This document shows positions 45,558 through 55,980 of a stretch of 64,000 bases of DNA, piece by piece. Origin of the DNA: an uncultured cyanobacterium (GTDB lineage: Bacteria; Cyanobacteriota; Cyanobacteriia; CAKZMO01); assembly GCA_963719515.1 (NCBI GenBank), contig CAVRCJ010000014.1, positions 192,001 through 256,000 of the forward strand, read 5' to 3'. Made by a program: the position numbers and the translations under genes. Under the pieces are notes generated by a model, which saw only the letters and a list, made by a program, of their open reading frames with translations, searched no databases and was not told the origin of the DNA. Each line of letters opens with the position of its first letter. The first letter of the stretch is position 1.

Positions 45558-48518
45558 ATGCCAGTACCAACCAATCGTCCTCCTTTTCAGCCTTCCTACC
45601 CAGGTGTGCCCCTATCCCCTCCTGTCGCGGATCCCAGTACGGATTTGGACTTGATTCACATCCTGAAGATTCTCAAGCGACGTGCGCTTGTTGTGGGCGG
45701 CGCGGCCCTGACGGTGACGGCTGCGATTTGGGCCTGGACAGCAACGCAAACTCCGATATATCGGGGTGAGTTCCGAGTCCTCGTGGAGTCAGCTGCGGAG
45801 GTATCGCCTTCACAGCAGCTTTTGGCAGAAGCAGGAAGAATGCCCACAACTGACTATGATACGCAGATCGAAGTCCTGAGAAGTCAGGCCCTATTGAGCC
45901 CTGTCGCTCAAGCGCTGCAGCAGCAGTATCCTGAGATCGACTCTCGTATTCTGGCCGCCAATTTGTCAATTAATCGTGTTCGAGACACCAAAATTTTGGC
46001 GGTGGCCTATCAAGGCACAGACCCAGACATCATTCAGGCGATTTTAGAAGAAGTCTCGCAGCAGTTTCTAGACTACAGCTTTGAGCAGCGTCAGGTGAGC
46101 CTGCAGCAGGGCGTTGACTTCGTCGACGGACAGCTTCCTGAGCTGAGAGAGCGTGTCGACAGCCTCCAAGCCCGTCTAGAGCGATTTCGGCAGCAGTATA
46201 GTCTTTTCGACCCCGAGTCTCGGGGGGGTGACTTGTCAGGATTGCTCAGCTCTGTCGAAGCACAGCGGCAAGATCTGCAGAGCGATCTCGCTCAGGCAAG
46301 ATCGCTCTTTCAAACGCTCCAAAGCCAGCTCGGTACGTCGCCGTCAGATGCCCTTGCTTCCGCTGCATTGAGCGAGTCGTCGCGCTACCAGTCATTACTG
46401 ACCCAAATTAAAGACCTCGAAGCTCAAATTGCCGTAGATTCGGCGCGCTACCAGCCTGACAGCCCTCAAATTGAGGCCCTAGAAGAGAAACGAGATAACC
46501 TGCTTCCTTTACTAGAGCAGCAGGCCAGCCAAACGCTGGGGGGACGGGTTGGGGCATCAGCAGACAGCAACCTGACGCCCACCTCGCTAGATTTGAGCCG
46601 CCAGCTGATCGAGGTCGCCAACCAGATCGAAACCCTGCAGGCGCGCAGTCAGTCGCTCGCCCAAGTCGAACAAAATCTGAAGCAGGAATTTGAGCTGGTG
46701 CCCTCCTTGTCCCGGGAGTACACCGAACTTCAGCGAGAGCTAGGGGTGGCGACCCAGAGCCTCAACCGCTTTTTAGAAACTCGTGAGACGCTGCAAATCG
46801 ACGCGGCGCAAAAGTCAGTGCCGTGGGAACTGATCGCCCGACCTCAAACGTCAAGTCGTCCAATATCTCCCGATGTCTCGCGTAATATCACCTTGGGGGT
46901 GGTTGCTGGCCTTTTGCTCGGCGTTGCCGCCGCTCTGCTAATGGAGAAGCTAGATCAGGTCTTCCACTCCACTGAAGAGCTTAAATCGGCGACGAAGCTC
47001 CCTGTCCTCGGAACGATTCCTTACTTACCTGAACTCCAGCGGCAAGCGCCATTTTTGGGTCGCGTTTCAGAAGGCCCACAAAACCAGCAAAGCCGCCCCG
47101 AAGAGAGGGCTAGCTTTCGGGGGGCGATGTTTTTTGAAGGGTTCCGCTCACTCTATACCAGTATTCGCTTTGTTGAGGTAGACCAGGCCATTGGCTCTGT
47201 CGTTGTGACATCGGCCATCCCCGGCGAGGGAAAATCCACCGTCGCCGTAGGCTTAGCCCACGCCGCTGCCGCCATGGGGCAGCGGGTTTTACTTGTGGAT
47301 GCCGATCTAAGAGCGCCCCGGCAGCATACGCATATGGGATTGCCCAACTACCATGGCTTGAGCAATGTCATTTCTGACGCGGCAGAGATCAGCGCTGCCA
47401 TCCAGCAGTCCTCATTGGATCCCAACTTGTCTGTCTTGACCGCCGGGACAACGCCGCCCGATCCAGTCAAGCTGCTGTCCTCGCAGCGGATGGAAACCAT
47501 CATGCAGCAGCTTCAGCAAGCCTACGATTTCGTCGTTTACGATACCCCACCCACAAGCGGCTTCACCGACAGTAGCCTACTCGCAGCCCACGCGGGCGGA
47601 CTCGTCCTAGTCGTCGGGCTCGGAAAGACGGAGCGATCGCTCGTCGAGCAAACTCTGGAGAGACTGGAGCGCTTACCGATTTCGCTTCTGGGATTGGTAG
47701 CTAACGGGATCAAGCAGTACACAACTCAGCTCCAGCGGCACGATCAGTACTATCAGTACTACCAAACGCCAGCTGCCAGCGCCGCTCCCGCCCCATCGCC
47801 ACCGGTCGCCGCCAGCAGCCAGATAGAACCGTCCGGTTCATCTTTCGCCCTGCGGAGCGGTGCAAAAGCCTATAGCGCCTCAACCTCTATCAGCAATGTC
47901 CCCGTCAAAGTAGATAACCCCGCGCCCAACTTTGACCCTTCGCCCGACGCCAGCTCCAGCAGCATTGCGATCGCCTCGGAAACGCGGTTGGGGTGGCCCT
48001 GGTTTGCGGTGGGACTGGCCTCCGTCGCCATGTTGACCGTGATCTGCTCAATTGCGCTGATTCGCATTGCAAACAACCGAGGCATGGACGGCGAAGAGAC
48101 GCTAGATTTGAGTGATTCTCCGGCTGAAGTAGAGGACTCTGCCGGGGCGGACGCCGCGCTGCCCGCCCCAGAACCCAATGCTGCGGACCCCAACGACACG
48201 AGGGCCACGGACCAGGCACCCACAGGCGAACCCACGCCGCGCCCAAATGCTGCGTTTGGGGCCAACGTCGTCGCCCAGGACCCCTTTGAAGAGGCCGTTC
48301 AGGTTGCCCAGGACGCCGTTTCGGCAGGGAATGAGGCGCAAACCCCTCAAGAATGGTCCCAGATTACCGATTTGTGGCAAAGGGCATCGGCGCTGATGGC
48401 CGTTGTCCCCGAAGACGACCCTCGTTTTGAGCTAGCCCGCGATCGCAGCGTCACTTATCGCAGCAATGGCGAATATGCCCGGCAGCGCACCCTATCGCTG
48501 CAGCTAGAGTCTCGCTGA
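45558..48518 (+). CDS. wzc: Wzc-like polysaccharide co-polymerase/tyrosine autokinase with a long C-terminal extension
   Basis: TQIEVLRS, coiled-coil, two TM segments, TSAIPGEGKST, LLVDADLR, YDTPP and Tyr cluster YYQYYQ, then more than 200 extra aa. Confidence 0.85.
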   Translation: MPVPTNRPPFQPSYPGVPLSPPVADPSTDLDLIHILKILKRRALVVGGAALTVTAAIWAWTATQTPIYRGEFRVLVESAAEVSPSQQLLAEAGRMPTTDYDTQIEVLRSQALLSPVAQALQQQYPEIDSRILAANLSINRVRDTKILAVAYQGTDPDIIQAILEEVSQQFLDYSFEQRQVSLQQGVDFVDGQLPELRERVDSLQARLERFRQQYSLFDPESRGGDLSGLLSSVEAQRQDLQSDLAQARSLFQTLQSQLGTSPSDALASAALSESSRYQSLLTQIKDLEAQIAVDSARYQPDSPQIEALEEKRDNLLPLLEQQASQTLGGRVGASADSNLTPTSLDLSRQLIEVANQIETLQARSQSLAQVEQNLKQEFELVPSLSREYTELQRELGVATQSLNRFLETRETLQIDAAQKSVPWELIARPQTSSRPISPDVSRNITLGVVAGLLLGVAAALLMEKLDQVFHSTEELKSATKLPVLGTIPYLPELQRQAPFLGRVSEGPQNQQSRPEERASFRGAMFFEGFRSLYTSIRFVEVDQAIGSVVVTSAIPGEGKSTVAVGLAHAAAAMGQRVLLVDADLRAPRQHTHMGLPNYHGLSNVISDAAEISAAIQQSSLDPNLSVLTAGTTPPDPVKLLSSQRMETIMQQLQQAYDFVVYDTPPTSGFTDSSLLAAHAGGLVLVVGLGKTERSLVEQTLERLERLPISLLGLVANGIKQYTTQLQRHDQYYQYYQTPAASAAPAPSPPVAASSQIEPSGSSFALRSGAKAYSASTSISNVPVKVDNPAPNFDPSPDASSSSIAIASETRLGWPWFAVGLASVAMLTVICSIALIRIANNRGMDGEETLDLSDSPAEVEDSAGADAALPAPEPNAADPNDTRATDQAPTGEPTPRPNAAFGANVVAQDPFEEAVQVAQDAVSAGNEAQTPQEWSQITDLWQRASALMAVVPEDDPRFELARDRSVTYRSNGEYARQRTLSLQLESR

Positions 48519-48556
48519 GGGGGCAGCGGGGTAGTCGGGGCTATCTCTACGGCGGT

Positions 48557-48772
48557 CTACTCGAAAGCCTCAAGCTGATCGGCCCGCAGCCAGATGTTAG
48601 ACGTGGGCACATGGCCAAACTTCACCAAGACGTAGTCCCCTTCTGCCTCCACAATCTCTCCTTTAGTTTCAAAGAGATAGGACGGCAGCCGTCCGTCGCT
48701 CGCCTGAGCCTCTAAGCTATTCTCCAGCTTGTCGCGAACGGCGCGAACGATATCGCCTTTTTTAACAGCCAT
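48557..48772 (-). CDS. ndhO: NDH-1 subunit O
   Basis: [39 protein letters not shown]...NIWLRADQL. Confidence 0.95.
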   Translation of the reverse strand: MAVKKGDIVRAVRDKLENSLEAQASDGRLPSYLFETKGEIVEAEGDYVLVKFGHVPTSNIWLRADQLEAFE

Positions 48773-48880
48773 AGAAAAAGAGTTCCATAGAAAATTTCAG
48801 CGCACGATGGCTTCAAGGACCGATATCTCCTCTGGAGAGACGCTGTCAGTGCCCCCCGTGCCCGACGATTATACCCGACC

Positions 48881-49816
48881 CTATTGCTTACGGCTAAACA
48901 GGCCGAATAGTCCCCCTTTCGCCCCCTTTCCTTGCGGCTTGGAGGTCCTTGAAAGCTGCGGTGAGGCATCGCTAGCGGAGGGCTCGACATGAATGCCGAG
49001 CTTCTTAGCGCAGGAGATGGCGAGGCGATCGCCGGGATCTAGCTTCAGGGCCTGACGGCAGTAGGCTTTAGCCGCACCCGGCAGATTTTGGCTCAGGTAC
49101 GCTCGCGCCAGCAGGGCGTGGTATTTCCCAATTTGAGGATTGATCTTGATGGCATCCCGCAGCTCTTGAACAGAGAGCGTGGCATTCCCTTTTTTGAGAT
49201 ATTCTTGGGCCCGCAGGTAATGTCGCTCGGCGTAGCTGACAGATTGAGCTTCGGGATTACCCGGTTGAGAAAGGCGAACCTTAGGAACCTGCGGAGCCGA
49301 GACTAGGCCAGTCCGCTTTTCCCGAATCATCGGCTCTCCCATCTTGAGGTGTAGGTAAACCAGATTGAGTTCTGCGAGTTCCTGGGTGACGACTTCAAAG
49401 CGCGATAGAGGCTGATATTGAAGCTCAGCGAGCTTGCTAACCGCCTGTTCATAGAAGATATCGACGTCTGCAATTGTCGTACTCAGGAGACGGCGGGCGG
49501 CTTCATTTTTTGGGGAAAGTGACTCGTCTCGGGCCAAGCGGCGGACGCGGAACCTCAGCATAGCCACGGTTTCGGCCCGTCCTTTATCCTGCTTAAGTCG
49601 TTGGTAGCCGGGGTTGACTAGCTTCGCGAAGAGCTGGTTGGCCAAGGCTCGCTCTTGGGAATCCTTGCGCTCTTGACTGTCGGGGTGGAGCTGTTTGGCG
49701 ATGGTGCGATAGCGTTTGAGTACCCGGCGGTCATCCGCAGAAACCGATAGCCCCAACACAGCGTAGGGGTCAGTAAATTGACCAATCCAGTCAGCGGAGA
49801 AAGCGGGGTAGGACAT
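48881..49816 (-). CDS. J-domain plus TPR protein
   Basis: DPYAVLGL...YRTIAKQLHPD; C-terminal TPR (ELRDAIKINP...ALKLDP). Confidence 0.85.
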   Translation of the reverse strand: MSYPAFSADWIGQFTDPYAVLGLSVSADDRRVLKRYRTIAKQLHPDSQERKDSQERALANQLFAKLVNPGYQRLKQDKGRAETVAMLRFRVRRLARDESLSPKNEAARRLLSTTIADVDIFYEQAVSKLAELQYQPLSRFEVVTQELAELNLVYLHLKMGEPMIREKRTGLVSAPQVPKVRLSQPGNPEAQSVSYAERHYLRAQEYLKKGNATLSVQELRDAIKINPQIGKYHALLARAYLSQNLPGAAKAYCRQALKLDPGDRLAISCAKKLGIHVEPSASDASPQLSRTSKPQGKGAKGGLFGLFSRKQ

Positions 49817-50058
49817 GAGCAAATGGGGGCTTTAGTGCTGCAACACAAAAGTCTCGCCACAGGCGAACTCTAGTCGAACCAGACATGACCCCCTTGAGTC
49901 ATCGGAACCTTTGAAGAGTTGGCTTTGGCGGAGCATGGCACCGATGCACAGCGGCTTCTTTACGCTGTTATAGCGGTTACGGTGCTATGGCGATTACAGT
50001 GTGGTAGCGATTTTATAACTCTAGTCTAGCTCCAACCTACCGGCTCTGTGTGCCGAAA

Positions 50059-52308
50059 CTAGTACCCAATCTGCCGCATATAGTCGCCCCACAGCTGAGC
50101 TGCTTGGGCACTGCTGCCACCCGTGGGCGTATTGTCGTCATTGCCAAGCCAAACGCCGGTGGCAATCGCCTGTGCTGGAACGTACCCCACAAACCACGAG
50201 TCGATGTTGTCGTTGGTCGTTCCCGTTTTCCCGGCCTCCCCAAGACCCACATAAGCCGCCCGCCCTGTCCCGCTTTCGACAACTCCTCGCAGCAGCGTCG
50301 TCATTTGAGCCGCAGTCTCTGGGGAGAGCGCGGTTCGCGTCGCGCTGGTGTCGGTGCTGTAGTCATAGATGACGCGGCAGCTGCTGCGGTTGCTAGTGTC
50401 GCAATTACTGCCGTCAAACACCCGCTGGATCAGGTGGGGCCGTTGGTAGACGCCCCCATTTGCCAAGGTAGAAAACGCCCCTGTGATTTCCAGCATCGTT
50501 GTCTCGCTTTGACCCAAAACCAGACCCGGCACGCGGTTTAGCTCGGAGCTAATGCCCAACCGTTTTGCCATCTGGGCGACGCTATCTAGCCCCACATCTT
50601 GAGCCACCCGCAGCGCCACCACGTTTTCAGAGAGGGCAACGCCGTCGTAAAAATTTAGAGCCGAGGCCGCCGAACGACAGCCCTCAAAATATTGCCCCTG
50701 CCAGGTTAATGGAGCGCAGGAGTAAGCGGTAGCGGGAGAGATTCCCTGTTCTAGCGCCGCTAAGTACGCGAAGATCTTGAAGGTAGAGCCGGGCTGCCTG
50801 AGCGCCTGGGTTGCCCGGTTGAACTGACTTTGCTCGTAGTCACGGCCACCTACGATCGCCAGCACGCCGCCGGTTTGAGTGTTGAGGGTGGCGATCGCCC
50901 CTTGAGAGATGCCTAGGGCAGCGCCGGAGTTGGCAAGGTCAGTCTCTAATGCCTCCTCAGCTCTGGACTGCATCGCGGGAGCCAGAGTGCTCTCGACGAT
51001 GAAGTTTCCCTCTTGGGCCAGCTCGCGGCCCAGCAAGGTTTCCAGCTCGTTAAAAACTTGGGCATAGAAGTAGGGCGCGAGGGTACCCCGCAGCTCTTCT
51101 AGGGCGGCAGGATTGACGGTTAGCCGCGATCGCCGGGCTTCTTGGGCATCTGCCGAACTCACCATCCCTAAGACCACCATGCGGTTAAGCACTCGGTTGC
51201 GATAGCCAATCGCAGCCTCGTAGTCTTCGATGGGATTAAAGCTGTTGGGGGCCGGCAGGATGCCCACCAGGGTTGCGGCTTCTGAGAGGGTTAGCTCTCC
51301 CGCCGTTTTGCCGAAATAAAACTGAGCCGCGTCCTCAAACCCGTAGTTGCCGTTGCCCAGGTAGACGCGGTTGAGGTACGTCAGCATCAGGGCGTCTTTG
51401 CTGTAGAACGTCTCCATTTTGAGGGCGACGACCGCCTCCCTCAGCTTTCGCGTCGCCGAATCTTCCGTGCCTACATAGTCTCGGAAGATGTTGCGCGCCA
51501 GCTGCTGGGTGAGGGTGCTTCCCCCCTCGCGAATTCCTCCGCCTTGAATATTGGTGACCAGCGCCCTCAAAATGCCCAGCGGGTCGACCCCCAAATGCCA
51601 GTAGTAGCGGGAGTCTTCTGAGGCAATTACCGCGTCCTGGAGGTAGCGCGGATAGGCTGAGAGCTGCTCGTTTTCTCGGTGGGACTGGGTGGTGGCCTGG
51701 CGCAGAGGCGTCTCGCCATCGCGGGCGTAGATAACCACCGGACCTTGAACCGACAGGGGTAGGGGCCTGACCGAGAATCGCTGCCACTCCATAACGATCC
51801 ACAGGGCCACTAGAGCGGTCATCCCCGTAAATCCGTACAGCCCGTAGCGAACGCCTTTCACGTACCAGGGCGGCGGGTTTTGGTACTTGAGAAGGACAGC
51901 ATCGGCGAGATCGGGGGGACCCAGGGTAAGGGTGTCGCCGTGACGCAGCTCTAAGGTTTTGATGCGGCGCTTGCCAATGTAGACGCCGTTGGTGGACTTC
52001 TCGTCGCGAATCGTAAAGTTTGAGCCAGGCCGCTTGCTGTCGCGCACGAGGGAGCCATGCACCTGGCTGACAATCGGGGTCTGCACCACGATGTCGCACT
52101 GCTTCGAGCTACGGCCCATGACGTAGCGATCGCCTAGCAGCGGATAGGCCCGCGCCTGGGGCGTCTCGGCCTCCTGCACCAGCAGATGGGGAACTCGGGC
52201 ATTGGGCTTGAGCGCGAGCCGAGAAAAGTCGACGCGATCGCGGACAGCGTCAATGGCTTGAGTCAGCGTATTGAGGAGCGTTTTGGGGCGGTCAGGGGGT
52301 TGAGCCAT
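50059..52308 (-). CDS. FHA-domain class A penicillin-binding protein
   Basis: FHA motifs (GRSS, VSQVH, STNG); EDSRYYWHLGVD, GGSTLTQQLAR, RQPGSTFK and AGKTGT. Confidence 0.92.
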   Translation of the reverse strand: MAQPPDRPKTLLNTLTQAIDAVRDRVDFSRLALKPNARVPHLLVQEAETPQARAYPLLGDRYVMGRSSKQCDIVVQTPIVSQVHGSLVRDSKRPGSNFTIRDEKSTNGVYIGKRRIKTLELRHGDTLTLGPPDLADAVLLKYQNPPPWYVKGVRYGLYGFTGMTALVALWIVMEWQRFSVRPLPLSVQGPVVIYARDGETPLRQATTQSHRENEQLSAYPRYLQDAVIASEDSRYYWHLGVDPLGILRALVTNIQGGGIREGGSTLTQQLARNIFRDYVGTEDSATRKLREAVVALKMETFYSKDALMLTYLNRVYLGNGNYGFEDAAQFYFGKTAGELTLSEAATLVGILPAPNSFNPIEDYEAAIGYRNRVLNRMVVLGMVSSADAQEARRSRLTVNPAALEELRGTLAPYFYAQVFNELETLLGRELAQEGNFIVESTLAPAMQSRAEEALETDLANSGAALGISQGAIATLNTQTGGVLAIVGGRDYEQSQFNRATQALRQPGSTFKIFAYLAALEQGISPATAYSCAPLTWQGQYFEGCRSAASALNFYDGVALSENVVALRVAQDVGLDSVAQMAKRLGISSELNRVPGLVLGQSETTMLEITGAFSTLANGGVYQRPHLIQRVFDGSNCDTSNRSSCRVIYDYSTDTSATRTALSPETAAQMTTLLRGVVESGTGRAAYVGLGEAGKTGTTNDNIDSWFVGYVPAQAIATGVWLGNDDNTPTGGSSAQAAQLWGDYMRQIGY

Positions 52309-52416
52309 AGAGGAAAATACCAGGCGCGTATCGCTATTTTAATAGCTGAGCTAGCGGCTCGCCGCTAATTTAAGGGACCTAATTTGAGAGGCCCAAATTT
52401 ATAAGCTGAGTGTGGT

Positions 52417-52599
52417 CTACCAGCGACGAGTCCGCTGGATGATGTCAAAGACAGCAGTGCCCACCGTCAACAGCAGCAAGAGCCACAGCAACCCACCCGG
52501 AATAAAGGTTAAAACCCCTAACCCTCGTGCCACCCAGATCAAGAGCGTCAGACCCAAGCAAATTAAAAAAGCTGTGGTGCGAGGAACAGTTTTGAGCAT
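52417..52599 (-). CDS. Small two-TM membrane protein (60 aa)
   Basis: TLLIWVARGLGVLTFIPGGLLWLL...RTRRW resembles a conserved cyanobacterial small-protein pattern. Confidence 0.6.
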   Translation of the reverse strand: MLKTVPRTTAFLICLGLTLLIWVARGLGVLTFIPGGLLWLLLLLTVGTAVFDIIQRTRRW

Positions 52600-52916
52600 G
52601 GCAATGCGGAGGATGCAATTGTTTGAAAGACAGCAAAAACTTAAGTATAAATTACTACCTTTTGTAGCGCAGTTAGACGCATTAATGGTAGCAGTAAAAC
52701 TCACGCTTCGAGCCATTGAGTCATATTAGCCGTAACCTATGTCTTAGGGTAGATAGAGCAACCTGGAAGCTTATCCCAAACTTCATCCTAAGAAGGCCTA
52801 ATTCACCAATCCTTTTCTATTCAATTGATATGGTTGAATCGTAGGGTTCTGGACCTAGGTTTAATTTGACACCTCCTTCAGAATCAGTTAGCTCTAACGA
52901 TGAACGGTTATCTCAT

Positions 52917-53492
52917 ATGACAGCACTCACAGCCAACGCAGCTCGTCCCGCTTCATTCGTCTCTAGCACGCCCTGCTCTAAAGAGAGTTCCGCCCTCATC
53001 AACGGCGATGTTCTGCTTCAAACCCACGACCACTCCGCCTGGGGCGGGGCCGTCACAGCTCAGATGTTCCTGCCGCGCCACCGCACCAACGTTTGGGAGC
53101 AAATCACCAACTACTCTCGCTGGGTCGAATTTTTTCCCGATGTGGTCCGCAGCGAGATTGTTAGCGTCAGCCATGGGAAAAAGCGTCTCTATCAGCTGGC
53201 CCGCAAGGCCTTCCTGTTTTTTACTGCCGAAGCCGAAGTTCAGCTGAGCGTTGTGGAGCTGATGACCCAAACCGGCCAGCGACTCCAGTTCATCATGGAG
53301 CGAGGCACCTTCAAAGATTTTTCAGCCACCCTAGAGCTGCAGGACTACGGCGACGGAACGCTCCTCACCTACTCCGTCAAGGCGACGCCTAGCTTCCCGG
53401 TTCCTAGCCCCGTCATTCAGCAGGCCATGCGCCTCGACCTGCCCGCTAACATGCGGCAGATGCGCCGGGTCATCTGCGGCGCATCGCGCTAA
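52917..53492 (+). CDS. SRPBCC / polyketide cyclase-like protein
   Basis: GGAVTAQMFL, VWEQITNYSRWVEFFPD and GTLLTYSVKATP motifs. Confidence 0.8.
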   Translation: MTALTANAARPASFVSSTPCSKESSALINGDVLLQTHDHSAWGGAVTAQMFLPRHRTNVWEQITNYSRWVEFFPDVVRSEIVSVSHGKKRLYQLARKAFLFFTAEAEVQLSVVELMTQTGQRLQFIMERGTFKDFSATLELQDYGDGTLLTYSVKATPSFPVPSPVIQQAMRLDLPANMRQMRRVICGASR

Positions 53493-53595
53493 GGCTCCCT
53501 CTCCCAGTACAATAGCCCCAGACTTAATTCTCCTGGTCTAAGGAGCGCTCTGAAGCGCCCTGTTAGAGGAGAGACCATTACTGAGGGGAAAGCTC

Positions 53596-54525
53596 ATGCG
53601 GCTATTGGTTATGGGAGGCACACGCTTTATCGGCCTGTACCTCGTCAAGCGACTGCTTGATCTAAACCACGAGGTTGTGCTGTTCAATCGCGGCAATCAG
53701 CCGCCCCCGAGCCCCAAGGTGCAGCAGATTCATGGCGATCGCAAGGATGCCAGACAAGTTGCGAAGCTATCGGGCGAGCGCTTTGACGCCGTGTTCGACA
53801 ATAATGGGCGCAGCCTGAGCGACACTCAGACCCTGCTCGACGCGCTAGGCGGCAATTTCCAGCAGTTTATCTACGTTAGCTCAGCGGGGGTCTACCAAAA
53901 ATCTGACCAGATGCCCCACGTTGAGGGGGATGCCGTCGACCCCAAAAGTCGCCACATTGGCAAGCACGAAACCGAAGAATACCTAGCGGCGCAAAACATT
54001 CCCTTCACTTCCCTGCGCCCCGTCTATATCTACGGACCGCAAAACTACAACCCGCTAGAAGCCTGGTTTTTCGACCGCATTGTGCGCGATCGCCCCATTC
54101 CAATTCCCGGCAACGGCATGCACATCACCCAAATGGGCCACATCGATGACCTAGCGGCGGCGATGGTCGCGGTGCTGGGGTGCAAAACAGCCCAGGGCCA
54201 AATCTACAACCTCTCTGGGGAGCGGGCGGTGACCTTTGACGGATTGGCGCGGGCCTGCGCTGCGGCAGCGGGTAAATCTTCTGAAGAGCTGGCCCTGGTC
54301 CATTACGATCCCGGTCAGTTCGATTTCGGTAAGCGTAAGGCCTTCCCGCTGCGGATGCAGCACTTTTTTACCGATATCCATAAAGCTAAGCAAGACCTGG
54401 ACTGGACGCCCCACTATGACCTGGTGCCTGGCCTTAAGGACTCGTTTACGCGAGATTATCTGGCCTCGGGCGGCGACAAGGCTGAGGTGGATTTTGCCCT
54501 GGACGACATGATACTGAACGCGTGA
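53596..54525 (+). CDS. NAD-dependent epimerase/dehydratase, CSP41b-like RNA-binding protein
   Basis: MRLLVMGGTRFIG, YVSSAGVY, RPVYIYGPQNYNPLEAWFFDR and FDFGKRKAFP motifs. Confidence 0.85.
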   Translation: MRLLVMGGTRFIGLYLVKRLLDLNHEVVLFNRGNQPPPSPKVQQIHGDRKDARQVAKLSGERFDAVFDNNGRSLSDTQTLLDALGGNFQQFIYVSSAGVYQKSDQMPHVEGDAVDPKSRHIGKHETEEYLAAQNIPFTSLRPVYIYGPQNYNPLEAWFFDRIVRDRPIPIPGNGMHITQMGHIDDLAAAMVAVLGCKTAQGQIYNLSGERAVTFDGLARACAAAAGKSSEELALVHYDPGQFDFGKRKAFPLRMQHFFTDIHKAKQDLDWTPHYDLVPGLKDSFTRDYLASGGDKAEVDFALDDMILNA

Positions 54526-54567
54526 CATCCTCCCGACGCTGATGCTACGCATACAGCGCGGGCTTCC

Positions 54568-55764
54568 TCAGTGACTCCCAGCTACCGCTGAGACATTTCC
54601 TGAGAGATTAAGGGCTTGATGTCCCACAGCCCTATTCAATAGGTTGATAGCCGCGTTGTGGTCGCGACAGATCGTTAAGCCGCATGACGGGCAACTATGG
54701 ACCCGATCGGCCAGCGTCTTTGGTACCCGCTCACCACAACCCGAGCAATCAATGCTGGTTCCGCGTGGGTTCTCAGCGATGGTCATCTTTCCAGCTTTCG
54801 CGGCTTTGAAAGAGCCTATCTCCAAGAATGTACCCCATGCGGCATCAGCGATTGACTTTGCCAGTCTGGTTCGAGCAAGTCCTTTGATGTTGAGCTTTTC
54901 ATGAGCGACAACATCGTACTTTGAAAACAGCCAATCCCACACCTTAGAAAAGAAATCACGACGTTGACGCGATATCTTCAGATGCAGTTTGGCGATGCGA
55001 TTCACCTGCTTACGCCAGCGGTTAGAGCCCTTCTTCTGTCTCGATAGCTGCCGCTGCAGCTTGGATAGCTGCCGCTCTGAGCGTCGAAAGAACTGAGGGA
55101 TAGGAACGCTCTCACCGTCACTGGTAACCAAGAAATCCTTCAGCCCAACATCAACACCGACAGACTTAGCCCTATCGACATCCGGAGTAAGCATCGGAAC
55201 GGCATTGTTTTCCAGTAACAGGCTCACATACCAACCATCTGCTTTGCGAGTCACCTTGGCCGTTTTGACAGTAAACCCATCAGGTATCGGGCGATGAAGG
55301 ATTAGCTTCACCTGGCCAATCTTAGGCAGGGTAATACGACTTCCATCGATGCAGTCAGGTTTCATCTGCGGGAACGTGAACGTCCTGTAGCGCCCCGCGC
55401 CTTTGAACCGAGGCTTGCCGCTACGCTTACCGTTTTTATCACCTTTGATGAAACGCTCGAACGTCTGCTTTACCTGCTTCGTCACCTCCTGAAGCGCTTG
55501 TGAATGCAAATCCTTGTACCAGGGTCGCTCTCGCTTGAGAGGCACTAGGCTAGCCTTCTGGCTGTAGTAATTAGGATTATCTTTGAGTGGCGCAAGGCTA
55601 CAGGTGAGTGGGCAGGCGTTGACCGAACAGCGGTTCATCTCCCACCAGTCGAATCGCTCAGCCAGCAACCAGTTGTACTGTGCCCGAAGCATATCTAGCC
55701 ATCGGGTCATGGTAACCGTTTGCTCAGCCGCTGGACGCAACTTGTACTGATGAGTGACTTTCAT
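54568..55764 (-). CDS. tnpB: TnpB RNA-guided endonuclease
   Basis: Starts MKVTHQYKLRP; GKPRFK; RuvC motifs GVDVG, AHEKL and RDHNAAINL; Zn finger CSGC/CPSC. Confidence 0.93.
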   Translation of the reverse strand: MKVTHQYKLRPAAEQTVTMTRWLDMLRAQYNWLLAERFDWWEMNRCSVNACPLTCSLAPLKDNPNYYSQKASLVPLKRERPWYKDLHSQALQEVTKQVKQTFERFIKGDKNGKRSGKPRFKGAGRYRTFTFPQMKPDCIDGSRITLPKIGQVKLILHRPIPDGFTVKTAKVTRKADGWYVSLLLENNAVPMLTPDVDRAKSVGVDVGLKDFLVTSDGESVPIPQFFRRSERQLSKLQRQLSRQKKGSNRWRKQVNRIAKLHLKISRQRRDFFSKVWDWLFSKYDVVAHEKLNIKGLARTRLAKSIADAAWGTFLEIGSFKAAKAGKMTIAENPRGTSIDCSGCGERVPKTLADRVHSCPSCGLTICRDHNAAINLLNRAVGHQALNLSGNVSAVAGSH

Positions 55765-55797
55765 GCAATAATGATAGCATATTGACATCAGAACGAC

Positions 55798-55980
55798 ATG
55801 CAGCAAATAACTATTAGAGCCGCTGACAGAGAAAAGCAGCATCTTGACAAGTATTGTGAGATGACCGAAAGAACTATCAACGATGTCCTTAGGGAGTACA
55901 TCCGAAGTTTGGCCGTCTCCGGGGCATTGAGCCCCATCGACGACCGCGACTCTCATCCCGACGCTCACCCTGACGGGTAG
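55798..55980 (+). CDS. Ribbon-helix-helix (CopG-like) small protein within the IS
   Basis: MQQITIRAADREKQHLDKYCEMTERTINDVLREYIRSL shows a beta-alpha-alpha pattern; divergent from tnpB. Confidence 0.7.
   Translation: MQQITIRAADREKQHLDKYCEMTERTINDVLREYIRSLAVSGALSPIDDRDSHPDAHPDG

Noticed and set aside
55765..55968. N-terminal extension of TnpB to 466 aa
   Set aside because: It overlaps the RHH gene and left end; TnpB-like sequence starts at 55764.
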